Below are positions 20,259-30,561 of a stretch of 64,000 bases of DNA, one piece after another. A model generated the notes under the pieces. The model was not told the DNA's origin. It did no database searches and worked only from the letters and a program-made list of their open reading frames with translations. Position 1 is the stretch's first letter. Every line of letters begins with the position of its first letter. Origin of the DNA: Trypanosoma brucei (lineage: Eukaryota); contig CP000066.1 in the NCBI GenBank assembly GCA_000002445.1, positions 1,120,001 through 1,184,000 of the forward strand. The letters are read 5' to 3'. Both the position numbers and the translations under genes were made by a program.

Positions 20259-22118
20259 CTAAATGAAGAAGCATGGAATAGCTACCTTCGACATCGCCGT
20301 TGCCCGCACAGCGGCATCTGTGACGGCTCGCGGCATATACAAATACTCGCGGAGATGCAGCAGTTCCTCGAACATTGCTTTGCTGAGATCACTGTCCAGA
20401 AACCCAAACATATTCGGGATGAAAACGGTTTCGGCCTTTAGACTATAGGCGAGCGCCAGCACTTCCTCCGCCTTCGCAGGCCCTTTGAGGGAGCTGAACA
20501 TGGCGTACACACAAACAGCGGCCAGCGGGTTCAATTCTTGAGACTCGCCTTTCCCCGCTCCTCCTGGGCGCAGCCGCAATACGACAACATCTGTAATCCC
20601 ACCGCCTGTTGACGGTCTGTGTACAAACGAAGACAAACCTTCCCCCACAATGGACGTGAGGAGGTCATCTACGGACTGGGTGAGGTAAGCCACATCAAAC
20701 AAAGTTTCCGCCTGAGAGGTGATAAAGCTGTGCAGATGGTGTAACTGCTCGGTGTTCTTACGATCAACGAGTTCCCATCTGGCACAACGACCGGCATTAT
20801 CACAAAAAGATTTAGTAAGTGCATTTTTAGTGATAATATCTGCACGGAGTACGTCATCGTACTGGAAAAAGTCGGGAAAAACTTCCGTAGCATACCGCCT
20901 CTTGAAGACGTGGCCGGGTGCTATAGACCTTCTCGACCACTTCACCAAACCAACGGCCGGAATGGGGAGCTGAAGGTAACTGCGGAATACGGCAGTTGTT
21001 GCCCCACTGCTCAGCAGAAGTTTGTGCATCTCCTCCAGAAGCAGCGGCGTACGGTTGGCGCCTCTCAGAGCCGGGTGAAGCGCCAACTGCGTTATCAAAA
21101 AGGGGTTCTCAATACGAGCACCACCACTCTTGAGTGCGACGGAACCACCTAAAGGCACAGCCATGACCAAACCAGAAATGTCCTCCTCTTTTCCGTCACC
21201 GTTATTCGGCTTCCGTAAGGCGCCAACTACTTTTGCACGCGGGAGAACAGCTGCAGTAACTGCTGGCTCAGCAGGGGGAAGCCAACTATGGAAACCATGC
21301 CCCTCCTGCGCAAGCTCCAACCCACTCAACCCGCGGAGGATCAAACTGTGGTGGGCATCCGTCAGCTGAGAGACGGTAATATCAGCACTAGCCGTGGCTG
21401 AGGCGGTACGCTCCGCTTTCCAAAATGCTCGCGGCCTGGAGTTTTCCTCAATAGGTGGGGCTGGCTTTGTCATCGTGAACCGAGGTGGCGGGACGGCAAA
21501 CAACTCAAGTACCTCTTCATAGCTTTTAACAAGATCCGCTGCCTGGGGAAACGTCTCAGCCAAAAGCTTCACGACGTCATTGTACTGATTCAGTGTCGCA
21601 ATGTCCACTGGGGTCATTTTCTTTTCGTCCGTTGTGAAGGGAACATTGCTATCAATGAGGTGCTGAAGCAATGCAATATTTCCACTGTCCGCAGCGTAAT
21701 GCATCGCGTTCCTTCCGTGGTTGTCCCTGAAAGTGGTGGGATCGGCGGAGGTAAGAGCAGCAAACTCCCTGAAGGAAACAAGGTCCCCCATCTTGGCCAA
21801 ACGCAACAACTCGAAATCTCCCACTATGCCCCGTCTCACGCATGGACTAGTTTCTAATGTGTGGCCCAATGGCTCCTCCATCGGTTCAGCAAACATACAC
21901 ACTCCAGCCGCATTTTCAGCTCCCGTAAAAAAGTCTTCGTCAGAATCATTGCTACACTCGGAGCCCTCATCATACCCGGGAACGTCTTCCTGCTGTTCAT
22001 GTTGTTGGGCTCCTGCTGAAGCAGTTGAAGGGTGACCCCTCCCTTCCAGTTCGGAGCGCAGCTCACGCAGGCGAGCTTCCTTTGCTTTACGCTCCTCATC
22101 AGTCAATGGCGTCTGCAT
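20259..22118 (-). CDS. ankyrin-repeat-containing protein (619 aa) with N-terminal coiled-coil/acidic region
   Basis: ATG verified at 22116-22118. Residues around 125-190 show consecutive ankyrin repeat consensus (GRNAMHYAADSGNIALLQHLIDSN...MTPVDIATLNQYNDVVKLL). The remainder has no recognised domain. Confidence 0.6.
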   Translation of the reverse strand: MQTPLTDEERKAKEARLRELRSELEGRGHPSTASAGAQQHEQQEDVPGYDEGSECSNDSDEDFFTGAENAAGVCMFAEPMEEPLGHTLETSPCVRRGIVGDFELLRLAKMGDLVSFREFAALTSADPTTFRDNHGRNAMHYAADSGNIALLQHLIDSNVPFTTDEKKMTPVDIATLNQYNDVVKLLAETFPQAADLVKSYEEVLELFAVPPPRFTMTKPAPPIEENSRPRAFWKAERTASATASADITVSQLTDAHHSLILRGLSGLELAQEGHGFHSWLPPAEPAVTAAVLPRAKVVGALRKPNNGDGKEEDISGLVMAVPLGGSVALKSGGARIENPFLITQLALHPALRGANRTPLLLEEMHKLLLSSGATTAVFRSYLQLPIPAVGLVKWSRRSIAPGHVFKRRYATEVFPDFFQYDDVLRADIITKNALTKSFCDNAGRCARWELVDRKNTEQLHHLHSFITSQAETLFDVAYLTQSVDDLLTSIVGEGLSSFVHRPSTGGGITDVVVLRLRPGGAGKGESQELNPLAAVCVYAMFSSLKGPAKAEEVLALAYSLKAETVFIPNMFGFLDSDLSKAMFEELLHLREYLYMPRAVTDAAVRATAMSKVAIPCFFI

Positions 22119-22655
22119 CGCTTGTGAGTTTCCACTTTTGCTTTTCGTCGTGTATTCGCCCCCTCTTTGTTTTTTTTAAATTTATCTATCTGATAACTTA
22201 AATGCTGCACAGGCGTTGTTCAAACCACGCGGTAGTTACACAGCCAACCCTAAATGGGAGTTAGGGAAGGACAAAGAAAAAAACAAAACGTCTTCCTAGC
22301 GCCCACAAACGAGCACAATCCCTTCTCACCCTCTTACGCCTTCTTTTATTTTCTTTCCATGTATGCGATGTAGCGAATAGCAAAAGAAAAAAAAGAAAGT
22401 CATGAGAGGGAAAAAAAAACAAGTGGACGCTTGGGGAAAAAACAGTGCACAAGAGCATGGCAATGGTTGAACCCAACCGTGAAATGCTCAGGGTCGACGT
22501 AAAGGCACACCGCTGGCACCGACGGTCGTCAGCGCTTTGAAAACTCACACAGTCACCTCACACACGGAAAAGAGAATTGGAATCAGTCCACCAGGGAGTT
22601 GCTGCACTGTCTCACGTTCACTACACCCGGCAAACAAAGTTCGCACCGACGGATA

Positions 22656-23153
22656 TCAACCACTGCCGACCGATGAGCAAAACTTCTCGTTCTTTAGGCG
22701 TTCGGCCGGTGCGGTGATGGTGGTGGCACCGGGGACGTACGGTGTGTACTCAGGTGAAGGGACCGGCTCCACCGCCTCCAACAAAATATTAAGCGCTACA
22801 AGAAGTAGGGCTGCAGCAGCTGCGAAACCCCATACTATGTTCCAGTTGGTGAATTTGTCTGCGTCAACAAGCTGTTGCTCTACCGCGGCCTGCTCCCTGA
22901 TGCGAACCGCCTCCGAGCCAAGCTTCACACCGCCATGGCGTCGACTCACCTCCACCTTCTCTGGATTCCGCCACTTCTTAGGACACGTGTTGTGCTCAAT
23001 GAAGGCACATTTCGAACAAATAAGAGGGGCTGAAGGCGACGAACCGGCAAAGGCAGCAGCGCTGCCGCCGCCTCTGCTGCGCAACAAGCCACGCGGCACC
23101 AGGAAACCAGTCGTGCACGTGGCTAAGCAGCAACCTGCATAGCTCGAAAACAT
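22656..23153 (-). CDS. hypothetical small membrane protein (about 165 aa from first ATG), low confidence
   Basis: Sits in the 1.3 kb gap between the ankyrin gene and the ASNSD gene on the coding strand of the polycistron. The track ORF starts at TTG; the first ATG is at 23153. Predicted TM helix WNIVWGFAAAAALLLVALNILL and a Cys-rich segment CSKCAFIEHNTCPKK. A plus-strand ORF overlaps it, so it could be noise. Confidence 0.25.
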   Translation of the reverse strand: MFSSYAGCCLATCTTGFLVPRGLLRSRGGGSAAAFAGSSPSAPLICSKCAFIEHNTCPKKWRNPEKVEVSRRHGGVKLGSEAVRIREQAAVEQQLVDADKFTNWNIVWGFAAAAALLLVALNILLEAVEPVPSPEYTPYVPGATTITAPAERLKNEKFCSSVGSG

Positions 23154-23430
23154 TAATAACGCCCCAACGAGAGTGCAAGCCCACCAATACGCGTGCAACA
23201 GTCTGTCGCACCTGCAGCCAGAGTCCAAGCGGGCAAAACATCGGATAATTAAGCGGGGAAAACGGTAGAGGGGAAAAGAAAGAGGATATCCTGCTGTAAA
23301 CCGATACCAGTTTCACAAAATGGAAAACACGAAGTGATATTTAAACAACCAATAAACAACGGCTGGGCGTGGGTGGGAGAAAATTTTCTCTTCTTGCTAC
23401 GCTTGCATCTTACAATTTTAAGCGAACAAA

Positions 23431-26001
23431 TCAGGGAGAGCTGCAGCATTGCTTCGCAATGCGTGAGCCGAACTGTATCGCACGCTTTTGCAGCCGTACA
23501 ACGTCGCCAAGTCCCAATAGCGCGGCACAGCGCCGCAAAATTTTCTTGTCTCCTACACCGGGTGTGCCACCAGCCCCTGTAAAGCTACAGACCGACGACA
23601 CGGCCAGTTCCAGCACCGAATCATCCACCGCCCCTGCTGAAGTGACACCAGTTTCATCAGATGGCGTGTGGTGGTCGCTAGAGACAAGATGCTGGTGCGC
23701 CCCCGCCACCACTGCACCAAGCACGGCAAGTACTCCCTCATCCAGATAAGGATATCGACCCTCCCTACCACTGTCACTCACCACCCGGTCGTCCCTGCCG
23801 AGATTGCGTTCCCATAGCCGTGAAAAGTCGTGATCAAGTTCTCCAACAAGGCCGCGAATACCACGGCGCTCAAAAGCTCGACGGTGCCGCGTATAACCAC
23901 CGAGGGTTTCGTCAGCACCCATCCCGAGCAACAGGACACGAGCTTCACATTCGTATTCTTCGACGCAGTAACCGAGCGGTGAATCTTCCTCGGTGATTTG
24001 CAGCCATTTAGCAGGCCGCGTGCGCTGTACCCGCGCCACGTCCTCATCCCGAACAAGCCTTATAGCCTTCGACGGTGCTTCGTTTCCTTTCGCGAACGCA
24101 ACCAAACCAGCAAGTGATGCGTCATTCAAGTACTGTCCAAGTTTCTTGTAGCCGTACTGCGACAGCGTGGGGCGGAGCGCAGCGGCGTACTCTTTCCCTA
24201 GTGTCGACAAGAGAACGGGAGCAGTTGCGCATTCCCCACCAGACGCCTCCAACTCTTCTATCATGACATCGATTAAAGGGGAAAACTTCGCAAATTTGCC
24301 ACCGACTTCGTGACCAGACTCCATATCTGTGTTGGCGTCAGAGTTAGCCCCCCCTTCTGATAGTCGATATAGCTTGTGCCGCAATTGATACGCCTTTCTT
24401 GCGGCAAGTTGCTCCGCAACCTGGCTGTCTTGCGTGATGCGTTGCATGCGACCCCGACCCCGTGCAGCGTGCCATAGCGCGGTACCGATACTGATGTCAA
24501 TATCGGTGTCTTTGGGAAATATGAGTCGTCGTATATGCGCATCATCGCTACCAACAGGCACGTCAATCAGTACTAACCTCCACTCCCTCTGCGCCTGCGT
24601 TGCCGCCCCAACCGTTCCGTTAGCCTTATCGTTGGGTTCAACTGCCGGAAGCTGAAGAAGTTGCTCAACTGCGTTAAACGTTGCAAGCCTATCCGGTGTC
24701 AGTTCCGGGGCATCTCCGAAGGCCACGTTGATTAGTTCTATAGGCGTCGCTGTCGGCAAGACATAGTGGGCGATAGCGGCCAATATAGTGCTATCGATGC
24801 CCCCTGAGAACAAAACACCAATGGGCGTGGCCGTATCACCACCACAGTGATCGGCGCGTACACGCACTGAAACTGCCTCCCATAGGGCCGACAAATAGCT
24901 TGATGCAGCCCACATGCCGAACGCTGTCAATTCCTGCATCACGGCGTGGTGGGATATCCTGCCTTTGTTCAAAAGGTACCTCAGCGTGTGCGGGTATTCT
25001 TCCTCCCTTCTGTTCAGCAACTGCGCTTGTACACCGCATGGTGGACGCACCAAAGGGTGGGCACAGTGACTCAATTTCCATGGGTAATGCGCCAACGACG
25101 ATCCAACATTCGAGACCGCTGCCGCACTGAGAGTGAATAAGCCCGTGTTTGGGAGCTCCTTCCAACAGCCGAACCGCAAGGAAGAGCAACCGTCCGCTGT
25201 AGGTGTATTATCCCCGTCGGTTCCCAAAACACCGTTTTCATTGTGGGTATCATTGCATTCGTACTTGCACCGCTTCCTTAGCCCCGACAGTCCGCTTCCT
25301 GCCGCGCAGTGGCCATCGTGTTCCACAGCAACGGAAGATATAACAAATTCCACCACCGATCCGCATTCTGCCGACGCGGCCGTCGCTGCATGCGTCAGAA
25401 GTGATCGCCTCCCCAGTGGGTCTCGACCAAACATGAAAAGGTGCAGCAAATGAGCGTAGTAGACAAAGGCGAAGGGTCCTTTCACTTCCGTTTCCAGGAA
25501 ACTCACACACAATTCTGCGAATGCAGCCTGCGCTACACTTAAGTTGTCTGCACGTACATGGTTGTCACCGAATGTGCAGTCCTGGGAGATCGCGCTGCAT
25601 TCACGCTCAAGCTGAAACAAGCGGTTGCCAATGGCAGCGGTATCCGAACCACACGGTGCCAGCTGTATGCTGCCGCCGAACACCTCCCCGTTCCATTGAA
25701 GAAATGACGGGCAAGTTGACTGATCACCACCGTTGCATTCGGTTACGAGGGACTCACTTCCTAATAGTAAAGGCTGCACCACTGGCTCGCTACCACCACG
25801 CAGTCGAAGTACGCCACTGGCAGCCTCCACAAATACATGTGCATTAACATGTCTCTTCAGCACTGACCAGGCGTCGTGTCCACGTCGACGTACCGCCTCG
25901 AAGAGGGAAGTGCGTGACACATTGCCCTTTTTGCATAGTTTCACGTGGTAGTCATCATCTCTTACGTGCTGCGCATGAATTACGCAACCGATGCCACACA
26001 T
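23431..26001 (-). CDS. asparagine-synthetase-domain-containing protein (ASNSD1-like; class II glutamine amidotransferase + PP-loop ATP pyrophosphatase)
   Basis: The true start is MCGIGCVIH (ATG 25999-26001 verified). Cys2 following the initiator Met is the Ntn-hydrolase nucleophile of class II amidotransferases. The PP-loop motif LFSGGIDST is present mid-protein. The 34 N-terminal codons in the track ORF derive from a polypyrimidine tract (FCFNVCTPFFFFV). Confidence 0.7.
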   Translation of the reverse strand: MCGIGCVIHAQHVRDDDYHVKLCKKGNVSRTSLFEAVRRRGHDAWSVLKRHVNAHVFVEAASGVLRLRGGSEPVVQPLLLGSESLVTECNGGDQSTCPSFLQWNGEVFGGSIQLAPCGSDTAAIGNRLFQLERECSAISQDCTFGDNHVRADNLSVAQAAFAELCVSFLETEVKGPFAFVYYAHLLHLFMFGRDPLGRRSLLTHAATAASAECGSVVEFVISSVAVEHDGHCAAGSGLSGLRKRCKYECNDTHNENGVLGTDGDNTPTADGCSSLRFGCWKELPNTGLFTLSAAAVSNVGSSLAHYPWKLSHCAHPLVRPPCGVQAQLLNRREEEYPHTLRYLLNKGRISHHAVMQELTAFGMWAASSYLSALWEAVSVRVRADHCGGDTATPIGVLFSGGIDSTILAAIAHYVLPTATPIELINVAFGDAPELTPDRLATFNAVEQLLQLPAVEPNDKANGTVGAATQAQREWRLVLIDVPVGSDDAHIRRLIFPKDTDIDISIGTALWHAARGRGRMQRITQDSQVAEQLAARKAYQLRHKLYRLSEGGANSDANTDMESGHEVGGKFAKFSPLIDVMIEELEASGGECATAPVLLSTLGKEYAAALRPTLSQYGYKKLGQYLNDASLAGLVAFAKGNEAPSKAIRLVRDEDVARVQRTRPAKWLQITEEDSPLGYCVEEYECEARVLLLGMGADETLGGYTRHRRAFERRGIRGLVGELDHDFSRLWERNLGRDDRVVSDSGREGRYPYLDEGVLAVLGAVVAGAHQHLVSSDHHTPSDETGVTSAGAVDDSVLELAVSSVCSFTGAGGTPGVGDKKILRRCAALLGLGDVVRLQKRAIQFGSRIAKQCCSSP

Positions 26002-27608
26002 TCGCAGCCTTCTTTCTCCCATGTACGCACACGAATATGTAGACACAAAGAAAAAGAAAGGGGTGCAGACATTAAAGCAAAAGGAAGGAGAACTGGGATG
26101 CATTCACGCCAGTAACGGACAGTCCTGTGGTTACATGCAGCAATGCACAGGTAACAAGTGCATCAAGAGACGGCCCAGAGGCGAAATTAGATAGACAAAG
26201 TCAGAACATGGAACCAAAAAAAAAAAACAGTACCAAAACGACGATATACAAACATATGGTTATTTATGCATGTATTACATGTTAAACCAAATTAATTATA
26301 CAAGCCGTTTTTATATCCTTACCATTAGTAGCTCCAAAGGTGAACCCATTACCTTTCCATCAGAAACACAATGTCGTATCTAATTATAAGTTGCAAAAGC
26401 AACGTCACTGCGAGGTCCACCCCCACATCCGGGTTTAAGAACCATAACAGTGACAGCAAATCACGCGAATCACTAAATATTAGCACCGTGTAAGCAACAA
26501 ATAGCGCGGATATAAACGCATCCGGTAGGTGAAGTGCATCAGAAAAGTGGGCAGGCAGCCGATTCACGTCATTTTTCCACCAACTAAAACACACACGGCA
26601 AAACATAACATGAAAATAAAGAAGCAGCCTTGGCACCACCTTGTGGATAAAATGAGGGAGGAAACAGTTCGTGGATCCACAATACAATACTGAGGTAATG
26701 CATTTGGAACACGCCACTCATTAACGTTCACCGAAGAAGCAAGAGGCAGTAAAGCCGGCATGACTACGAAAAAAAAAAAGAAACGAAATAGCCGTTCCCA
26801 GCCAGAGTGGCACACTTCAAAACATGACACAATGCATCCTCCCTCACTTGCCAAAGTAAGAGCAGGAAGATCGAGAATTACAGAATGTACGATGCTCGAA
26901 TAAAATTGCCATTTACAAGTTTACGTACCCTTTTCTCTTTGTTATTTCCCTCTTTTTAATCACATATCAGCTGCTTACCATCATTTTATTCCTTAGACCT
27001 TCCAGAATCCTCACACCCCACGCCCCTTTAAGGTTAAGGGACATTAATAAACAATTTTTGAGCATAAGCAGTTCCAGCGGAGGACTCAAGAGCCTCAAAA
27101 GGCCATCCCACTAACCTATAAATTCCACACCTCAAGTGTCAACAGCAGCTTTTCCAAACACACACACAAACACAAAAAAAAAACGGAGCAGTGGGAACGC
27201 CAATGAGCAGGAAATACGAAAAATGGAATAAACAGCGAGAGACTGCAACCAGACAGCACACGACAACCATTCAAAACGTATTTAAAAAACATTATATATT
27301 CATTCCCACTACCTTTACACAACAACAATATCAGCAATATATCCACAACAAGATTTCGAAATTTATACAACAAAACACAGAATAAAAGGAAAAAAATATA
27401 TACATATGTATAAGCTACGCAAAGAAAAAAAAAGTACATGTAAAAAGGATTATAAACAGATCATTAATAAAAAAACTAAGGCCAAATAAACATACTACAC
27501 ACCAGCATAATTGATGAAAACGAGAACCGTAACACAGACTCAATTAACAAAACAGCAACTTACAATACAAGAGATCAACGACACAAAACATTTTGTTCAC
27601 CCGAAACG

Positions 27609-27731
27609 TTACGTCTCCCGCAGATGTGTCGCAAAAACGGAGAATCCGTAAGTCGATGATACAACAAGACCAGCATAAACTCCTGCCATCAGCATGCGTA
27701 CTCGCGCAAGGTCATCGACAAGGTAAACCAT
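27609..27731 (-). pseudogene. 5' gene remnant (40 codons) of a nodulin-like MFS copy, marking the downstream end of the tandem array
   Basis: Reverse-complement reads ATGGTTTACCTTGTCGATGACCTTGCGCGAGTACGCATGCTGATGGCAGGAGTTTATGCTGGTCTTGTTGTATCATCGACTTACGGATTCTCCGTTTTTGCGACACATCTGCGGGAGACGTAA. This gives MVYLVDDLARVRMLMAGVYAGLVVSSTYGFSVFATHLRET*, identical to the N-terminus of copies B/C. It is preceded by the same conserved upstream block (27732 to about 27975) and followed by unrelated sequence. Confidence 0.75.
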
Positions 27732-28264
27732 AACTGCAGGGACTGCGGGTCGGTTTGTTCTGAGTGGAAGTGCGCAAGTAGTAGCTCTATTTTACTCTTT
27801 GTGTGGAAACATTTGTCAGGTAAAGAAGAAAAATGAGTAATAAGAGTGTTAGAAAAGGAATCCATAGAGAGGTAAAGGGAAGCACTGATATGTATCACTG
27901 CCGTGTTGCAACGGCTTCGTGACGGAAAAAACAAAGGTTTCGCAGAGACTGGGAAACTGACCACGTAAAATCATTCAAATAGCGTTTTATTTTTACCACA
28001 AGGTGGAAGAGCGAAACGTGGCTACCTGCTCACACGAACAAAACACTCTAAGGTAAAACAAAATCCGCCCATCAACCACTAAGAGTGATCAAATGGCACA
28101 CCCTCTTGCTTGCAAGAAGCAACACAATGTGGGAGTGAGGAGCAATTATTATATTGATTAGTAGTCACATCAAGGATAAATTCAACGTAACAAGATTTAT
28201 GAGATAGAGGCAAATGCATATTTTCAATTTAGAGTTCAGGTACGGCAACAGCTGTAAAACAACC

Positions 28265-30052
28265 CTACTGCTGCGCTGCTCCGCCACTGTGTGAGCCCCC
28301 TTCATTTGGCTGCCCCGCATCCTCTGTAACAGGAGCAGCGACACCACTCATCTCATCAGCTGGCTCATTACACCTGTTCTGCTCAGCATTAATGAAACGC
28401 GAAAATCTGAAGTGGACAATCGCTGCAGCGATTACTGCCACAATATTGACACCCATCAGTATGAGCATCTGGTTTTTGACACACGAAGGGTTTTTACACT
28501 CGGGTTTCGTACCAAGCTTCTCAGCCTCAGCATCGTACATACCACCGAACATGAAGAGGTTGAGCGCTATCGTTGACACAATTCCGGAGGAAAAGCCGAA
28601 GTTATAGTGCTTTCCCAAATCCTGTGAATACATTATACGAAACGCAAGCACAACACTTCCCCAACCTGCTCCGTTACCCAGCGACCCAAGGAAGAAAGGA
28701 AGGATCAGCGCGTTAGCGGGAAGCAACGCGAAGAGCAGGAAGGCGATGCACAACATCAGAGGGCAAAATGGGAGCGCAATTGTTGTGGGAAACGTTTTAA
28801 GCCCCTCTCGCTGCCGCCGTGTCAGCACCATATCCAGATATCCCATAGACATGCGACCAACAGCACTGCCAACAGATATCATGGTGATATACAGTGTTAG
28901 AGTGGAGCTTTTCTTCTCACCGTAACTTTTGCTCTCATAAATTTGTGCAGCGTTCATCTGCATGACGACCGCAGTACCCCACACGCCGAAGCATGTAAGC
29001 CACATGCACCAAAGATCCACGGTAAGCAAGTGCTGCCAGAAGGACCCGCTGTACTGCGGCAATGGCTTCACCTCGTTCTTCGTTGTAGCTACCGCTGATT
29101 CGGTCACAACATCCTCCAGTGCCTCTCCAATTGTGTCCATATCCGTAGGGCGCACTGGAGTATATCGTCCAAGCCATTGAAACGGCAACGCAACGACACA
29201 AAATGATGCCATCATGAGCACTGCAATAATCGAAAAGGCCAAATAGGCAGCCGGAGGAAGCTTTACATATCCACCAATGAGTGATTGTGTGGTGAGAAAC
29301 AACAGCAGGCTGAGGACGAGTCCCACAGCTGTCTTCATCCTTCTGGGAGGCGCAGGCTGGTTCATGTATAACTGAAGTGTCTGCTGTCGCTTCGTCCACT
29401 CCTCTTCACTTAGCCGTTGCTTCCGCCACGCACAAGGAAAGTACATGGGAAGCCGAATGAGAACGAAGGCAATGAGTGACACGACCACCAACTGTATGGC
29501 AACAAAGTACGCGAAACCCGAGTAGTTGTTTTTTTCCACATCATCGGATGTGGTATCCTTAAACCACCCGTTGAAGTAAGCCATTAGCACTCCGGTACCG
29601 AGACCACCAATTGTCTTGGACACGAGCACAATGTAACCCCTGTCAAGTGGAAACTGCAGCATCAGTGGCATAACAGAACTTACATCCAAGATAGGAAATG
29701 CACAGTATACAAGGGCATTAAAAAAAGACAAAAGGCCAACGCCTGGACTCGCTATCTTTCTGTCGAAGGTGAGACCAAAAAGCAGGAAGCCCAAGAATCC
29801 AAGGAAACCAGCAATTGGCAGGACCACCATCGGACCAGCGTAATCGAACAGGGCGCCGCTGGGAAAACTGAAATACATAATGCAATTGCCAACGGTACTG
29901 ATAGTTGTAACTTCAGTTTGTGTTAAATTGAGTTTTTTCTTCAGGAATGGCGTGAAAATCGAAAAGCAGTATGCCTTTGAGACACCCAACTCCGCATACA
30001 TGCCTGACATCAGCATCCGCATACGGGCAAGGTCATCGACAAGGTAAACCAT
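28265..30052 (-). CDS. nodulin-like major facilitator superfamily membrane protein, array copy A (595 aa; N-term type alpha, C-term type long)
   Basis: ATG verified. About 12 predicted TM segments. The N-terminal domain matches the Nodulin-like pattern (Y-x-F-S...L-x-L-[ST]-Q-[ST]...ISTVG...G...G-x-L-x-D...P). C-terminal tail ...VTEDAGQPNEGGSHSGGAAQQ. Confidence 0.8.
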   Translation of the reverse strand: MVYLVDDLARMRMLMSGMYAELGVSKAYCFSIFTPFLKKKLNLTQTEVTTISTVGNCIMYFSFPSGALFDYAGPMVVLPIAGFLGFLGFLLFGLTFDRKIASPGVGLLSFFNALVYCAFPILDVSSVMPLMLQFPLDRGYIVLVSKTIGGLGTGVLMAYFNGWFKDTTSDDVEKNNYSGFAYFVAIQLVVVSLIAFVLIRLPMYFPCAWRKQRLSEEEWTKRQQTLQLYMNQPAPPRRMKTAVGLVLSLLLFLTTQSLIGGYVKLPPAAYLAFSIIAVLMMASFCVVALPFQWLGRYTPVRPTDMDTIGEALEDVVTESAVATTKNEVKPLPQYSGSFWQHLLTVDLWCMWLTCFGVWGTAVVMQMNAAQIYESKSYGEKKSSTLTLYITMISVGSAVGRMSMGYLDMVLTRRQREGLKTFPTTIALPFCPLMLCIAFLLFALLPANALILPFFLGSLGNGAGWGSVVLAFRIMYSQDLGKHYNFGFSSGIVSTIALNLFMFGGMYDAEAEKLGTKPECKNPSCVKNQMLILMGVNIVAVIAAAIVHFRFSRFINAEQNRCNEPADEMSGVAAPVTEDAGQPNEGGSHSGGAAQQ

Positions 30053-30300
30053 AACTGCAGGGACTGCGGGTCGGTTTGTTCTGAGTGGAAGTGCGCAAGT
30101 AGTAGCTCTATTTTACTCTTTGTGTGGAAACATTTGTCAGGTAAAGAAGAAAAATGAGTAATAAGAGTGTTAGAAAAGGAATCCATAGAGAGGTAAAGGG
30201 AAGCACTGATATGTATCACTGCCGTGTTGCAACGGCTTCGTGACGGAAAAAACAAAGGTTTCGCAGAGACTGGGAAACTGACCACGGAAAACCATTCAAA
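30053..30300 (-). promoter_or_regulatory. conserved upstream block (polypyrimidine tract + AG acceptor) repeated 5' of array copies A-D and of the gene remnant
   Basis: Minus-strand reads ...ccctttacctctctatggattccttttctaacactcttattactcatttttcttctttacctgacaaatgtttccacacaaagagtaaaatagag...ATG. Equivalent blocks at 27732 to about 27975, 32314 to about 32560, 34650 to about 34900, 36969 to about 37215. Absent upstream of copy E. Confidence 0.5.
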
Positions 30301-30561
30301 TAGCGTTTCTAAACTGTCGTGCAGAAAAGAATGAAGTAAAGGTAGGACCGTTGTAGGAAATATATATTTCGTGAATTTGTTAAAAGAAAAAAAAACAACA
30401 TCATAAAAAACGACAGATGGCAACACTACTCATGATAATGAAGCCGCCATTAAAAAAATAATGAAAAAAAAATAACGGTACAACGAAGTTTTGATTATAA
30501 AAGAAACCAAGCATAAAATATAACCCTACTGCACTCCCGTAATGTCACCGTGGTCACCTCC

